Shown here: positions 60,061 to 64,000 of the stretch, piece by piece
Layout of the letters: each line of letters begins with the position of its first letter
Numbering within the stretch: the stretch's first letter is position 1
Assembly: GCA_964444195.1 (NCBI GenBank)
Contig: CAYUGH010000008.1
Location: 939 to 64,938, forward strand
Direction of reading: 5' to 3'
DNA: 64,000 nt
DNA from: an uncultured Chitinophagaceae bacterium
Lineage (GTDB): Bacteria; Bacteroidota; Bacteroidia; Chitinophagales; Chitinophagaceae
Notes under the pieces: model-generated
Seen by the model: the letters and a program-made list of their open reading frames with translations, nothing else
The model's database searches: none
Told to the model about the DNA's origin: nothing
Program-made: the position numbers and the translations under genes

Positions 60061-61485
60061 ATGTCTGCCGATGCTACTTACAGCTTTTTTGAAAGCGTAG
60101 GAAAGAGTTTTGACAAAGCCGCCCAATTTACCAAATGGGACAAGGGTGTTTTAAACCAGATTAAGGCCTGTAACTCCGTGTACCGGATGCGTTTCCCGGT
60201 AAAAATGGATGATGGCCGCATTGAAGTTATTGAAGCTTACCGTGCCCAGCACAGCCACCACAAAACACCCTGCAAAGGTGGTATTCGTTTTGCTGCCGAG
60301 GTGAACCAGGATGAAGTGATGGCGCTTGCCGCGCTGATGACCTATAAATGCGCACTGGTGCATGTGCCGTTTGGCGGTGGTAAGGGTGGTATTAAAATTG
60401 ACCCCCGCAAGCACTCGGCCTATGAACTGGAGAAAATTACCCGCCGTTATACAAGCGAACTGGTAAAGAAAAACTTTATTGGCCCCGCCATTGATGTGCC
60501 AGCCCCCGATTATGGAACAGGTGAACGCGAAATGGCCTGGATAGCCGATACCTATGTTACCCTGAACCCCGGCGATATTGACGGAATGGGATGTGTAACA
60601 GGTAAACCCATTTCGCAAGGCGGGGTAAGAGGCCGTAAGGAAGCTACAGGACTCGGCGTATTTTTTGGGATCCGCGAAATATTCAACATCCAGGAAATGG
60701 TTGATAAAGTTGGCCTGACCCCCGGGCTTGAAGGTAAAACCGTTGTAGTTCAGGGTCTTGGAAACGTAGGTTACCATAGTGCCAAATTTTTCCGCGAATT
60801 GGGCAAAGCGAAAGTAATTGCCATTGCAGAATACGAAGGAGCCATTTATAATGCCGACGGGTTGAACGAAGAGGAAGTGTTCCAGCACCGTAAAGCCACC
60901 GGCAGCATCCTTAATTTTCCGGGTGCTACCAACCTGGAAAACAGTGGCAAAGCATTGGAACTCGAATGCGACATCCTGATACCTGCCGCGCTTGAAAATG
61001 TGATCAACGAATCGAACGCAGATCGCGTAAAAGCAAAGGTGATTGGCGAAGCAGCCAACGGGCCAACTACCCCCGAAGCCGATGAAATTCTGGGTAAAAA
61101 AGGCATAGTGATAGTGCCTGATATGTACCTGAATGCCGGAGGGGTAACAGTTTCGTACTTTGAATGGCTGAAAAACCTTAGTCATGTTCGTTATGGCAGG
61201 CTTGAAAAACGTTTTACTGAAAACATGAATGGTAAAATCCTGGCTCAAATGGAAGAACTTACCGGAAAAAAGGTATCGGATGAACAAAGGGAGCTCATCA
61301 GCATTGGACCCGGCGAATTAGACCTGGTACATAGCGGGCTGGAAGAAACGATGATAAATGCCACCCGCGAAATTGTGGATACCTGGCATGCAAATCCTGC
61401 TATTCCCGATTTACGTACGGCCGCTTATGTAGTTGCCATTGATAAGGTTGCAACCAGTTATGCTGAATTGGGTATTTTCCCATAA
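60061..61485 (+). CDS. gdhA: Glu/Leu/Phe/Val-family (glutamate) dehydrogenase
   Basis: Catalytic Lys region [11 protein letters not shown](P)-binding [12 protein letters not shown]. 474 aa. Confidence 0.85.
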   Translation: MSADATYSFFESVGKSFDKAAQFTKWDKGVLNQIKACNSVYRMRFPVKMDDGRIEVIEAYRAQHSHHKTPCKGGIRFAAEVNQDEVMALAALMTYKCALVHVPFGGGKGGIKIDPRKHSAYELEKITRRYTSELVKKNFIGPAIDVPAPDYGTGEREMAWIADTYVTLNPGDIDGMGCVTGKPISQGGVRGRKEATGLGVFFGIREIFNIQEMVDKVGLTPGLEGKTVVVQGLGNVGYHSAKFFRELGKAKVIAIAEYEGAIYNADGLNEEEVFQHRKATGSILNFPGATNLENSGKALELECDILIPAALENVINESNADRVKAKVIGEAANGPTTPEADEILGKKGIVIVPDMYLNAGGVTVSYFEWLKNLSHVRYGRLEKRFTENMNGKILAQMEELTGKKVSDEQRELISIGPGELDLVHSGLEETMINATREIVDTWHANPAIPDLRTAAYVVAIDKVATSYAELGIFP

Positions 61486-61615
61486 GCTGATTAGTTTAGT
61501 AAGTTGAGTGGTTTTTAACCATTCGTTCTCATAGATTTAAAAGGTTGGCATTCGTGCCAGCCTTTTATTTTTTTGCTACATTTAACCCGTCCTTATTTAT
61601 CAACCCATAACATTT

Positions 61616-64000
61616 TATGCAGCTATCACCTGAGCAAATAAATGAGTTAAAGCGGGAAATTGAATTTCTTGCCGGCAAACAAAATGCGCTTTCTCAAAGG
61701 ATCAACCTGCTTGCCGATACTGTTAGGCAATTTGAAATAGCAGCCTTCAAAGAGAAATCTTCCTTTACTATACAACCAGAAGCACCGGTATTAAAACCGG
61801 TTGAAGAACGGCGTATTATTGATGAACCCATCCCTGTAATAAAACCGATGGAACCGGTTAGGCAGCCCGATTATCCCCCCTTTTTAAAACCTGCAACACC
61901 CAATGCTTTTGAAAAGATCAGGGATGAAGCCAAAACCGATTTTGAAAAGTTTATCGGCGAAAACCTGATCAGCAAAATAGGTATCGTTATCCTGGTAATT
62001 GGTGTTGGCATTGGTACCAAATACGCCATTGATAATGATTTGCTCAGCCCGCTTGCCAGGATAATATTGGGATACCTGCTGGGCGCGGGTATCATGAGTT
62101 TCGGAATCCGGTTCAAAGCAAAATATGAAAACTTCAGCGCCATCCTCGTGAGCGGAGCCATGGCCATCTTTTACCTGATCACTTTTGCGGCATATAGTTT
62201 TTACCACCTTATTCCGCAGGCGGTGGCTTTTGGGATGATGGTGATTTTCACCGCATTTACCGTGTATGCATCGCTTGTGTACAACCGCCAATGGATAGCT
62301 TTACTGGCGCTGGTAGGCGGGTACGCGGTTCCCTTTCTGCTAAGCAATAATTCGGGCAGGGTTGAAATATTGTTTGGGTACATGCTTATCCTGAATGCAG
62401 GTATTCTCTCTGTTTCGGTTAAAAAATACTGGCAGGGACTTTATTTTTCCGCTTTTGGGCTAAGCTGGGTAATTATGCTTACCTGGCTGTTGAATGATTA
62501 TGATGAAAGCCTGCACTTCAGGCTGGCGCTGATTTTCTCCACCCTATTCTTCCTGCTGTTCTATGCAGTCTTCCTGGTAAACAAGTTAGTTGAAAAGAAA
62601 GCTTTCAGTCCTGTTGACGTTATTTTCCTGCTGGTTAATTCCTTTATTTATTTTGGTATTGGTTTTGATTTAGTAAATGAATATGCACCGGCCGAACGTT
62701 TTGCCGGGTTATTTGCTCTCTTCAATGCTATTATACATTTTGGCGTGGCGCTTACCATTTACCGGATGAAACTTGCCGACCGGAACTTGTTTTTCCTCGT
62801 GTCGGGCCTGGTGCTGGTATTTATTACGATTGCGGTTCCGGTTCAGTTTGATGGTGGCTGGGTAACCCTAACCTGGGCTGCCGAAGCAGCGCTTTTGTTC
62901 TGGATAGGGCGCACAAAGCAGGTTGTTTTCTATGAGCGGCTAAGTTACCCTTTGATGGTGATTGCGCTCCTCAGCCAGGTACATGATTGGTCGGGGCTTG
63001 GATTACCCGGCAATGGTTATTTCACTGAAGCTGAAATCAAACCTATTCTGAATATCGGATTTGTATTGGCAGCCATGGTTAGCCTTGCATTTGGTTTCAT
63101 GGCCTATACTTCAATGAAAAATCTATCAGTTGAACAACCCAATCCACTGATTTTTCGCCAAAGGGTGCAATATTTTTTCAGTAATATTTTTCCTGCAGCA
63201 GCCTTAATTATCCTGCTTTATTTTACGTTCCGCGAGGAACTTATTCATTTCTGGGAAATAAGATATAACACCCGGTTATTAACCGGTAATGAATATTACA
63301 GTTATAGCAGGCAGTCCCCAACGCGGCAATTACTGTATAGCTGGATATTAAACTATTCCATGCTGTTTGCCACAGCAACAGGTTTGGTAAATCTCCGTTG
63401 GATTAAATCCAATATTCTTTCGGGAGCTTTTATGGTGATGGGGTTGTTGATGATGATCTCGCTATTGCTGAATGGCTTACCGCAACTGGGTGACCTGCGC
63501 GATAGTGCGCTGCACCCTGATAAAACCATGCCTGACATAACATTGACCACGGCCATTACCCTAAGGTATATCACCATTTTTTGTGCCGCATTGTTGCTAT
63601 TCACCAAATACCTTACTGTTAAAAGTAAATATGCCGCAAACAAACTATTCCATGTAGGTTTCGATATACTGCTGCACCTGGTGATCATCAATGTGATCAG
63701 CCATGAACTGGTTACCTGGCTTAAAATAAATGCATATCCTCAATTTGATAAACTCGGGCTGAGTATTTGCTGGGGCGTTTATTCGCTGCTGCTCATTGGG
63801 CTCGGCATTTACAAGCAAAAAAAACATGTAAGGATTGCAGCTATTGTATTGTTTGGCATTACGCTATTAAAACTATTCTTTTACGATCTTACTCATCTTA
63901 CTTCCATTGCCAAAACTATCGTGTTTATTGCGCTGGGTATTTTACTCCTTGTCATTTCGTTCCTGTACAACAAATACAAAAACGTCATTACCGGAACACA
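61616..64000 (+). CDS. DUF2339-family polytopic membrane protein (runs past window end)
   Basis: The ORF is open from the ATG at 61616 to the window end (>790 codons). N-terminal coiled coil, then more than 15 hydrophobic helices. Confidence 0.5.

Noticed and set aside
1-64000. A search for CRISPR arrays, rRNA or tRNA genes, integrases or transposases and prophage structural genes
   Set aside because: I saw no regularly spaced direct repeats with unique spacers and no tRNA-like cloverleaf candidates in the intergenic regions I inspected. No recombinase or transposase reading frames were found. The accessory-looking segment at 32.9-39.7 kb therefore cannot be called a defined mobile element from this window alone.

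Overview
This 64 kb window is a chromosomal segment from a Bacteroidota genome. The gene content suggests a Sphingobacteriia- or Chitinophagia-like organism: a PorV-like type IX secretion protein, DUF4292, DUF4421, DUF4954 and CcmD-family proteins, with GC roughly in the mid-40s. About 65 genes are densely packed on both strands, and most are housekeeping. These include clpB, accA, dapA, rnz, hutI/hutG, mrp/apbC, gdhA-like, rarA, aguA/aguB, the flotillin-NfeD pair, an ECF sigma/anti-sigma pair and a CcsA/CcmD pair. I found no rRNA, tRNA, CRISPR array, integrase or transposase.

Features that stand out from the housekeeping background:
- A reverse-order higB-higA toxin-antitoxin pair at 586-1255, with a decayed higA-like fragment about 7 kb away.
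- A single ORF at 22114-23031 that fuses IspF (MECDP synthase) to dUTPase in frame.
- An accessory-looking stretch at 32.9-39.7 kb. It holds a UvrD-like SF1 helicase with an embedded PD-(D/E)xK-like nuclease insert and a C-terminal zinc ribbon, an adjacent DUF4143-type AAA ATPase preceded by a perfect 23-bp inverted repeat, a decayed S9 peptidase pseudogene, an apparent beta-barrel remnant, and two orphan ORFs.
- Two candidate amidoligase/peptide-modification gene clusters. One is a circularly permuted ATP-grasp / alpha-E / transglutaminase triad, whose transglutaminase ends in a poly-Gln tail. The other is an ATP-grasp / YbdK-type carboxylate-amine ligase / class-I glutamine amidotransferase trio next to the agmatine deiminase pathway.
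- Structured intergenic repeats: a tandem ~112-bp multi-hairpin element whose two copies show compensatory base changes, a 25-bp-arm nested palindrome, and direct-repeat iterons.

All functional calls rest on my reading of the translated sequences and conserved motifs. No database search was possible.
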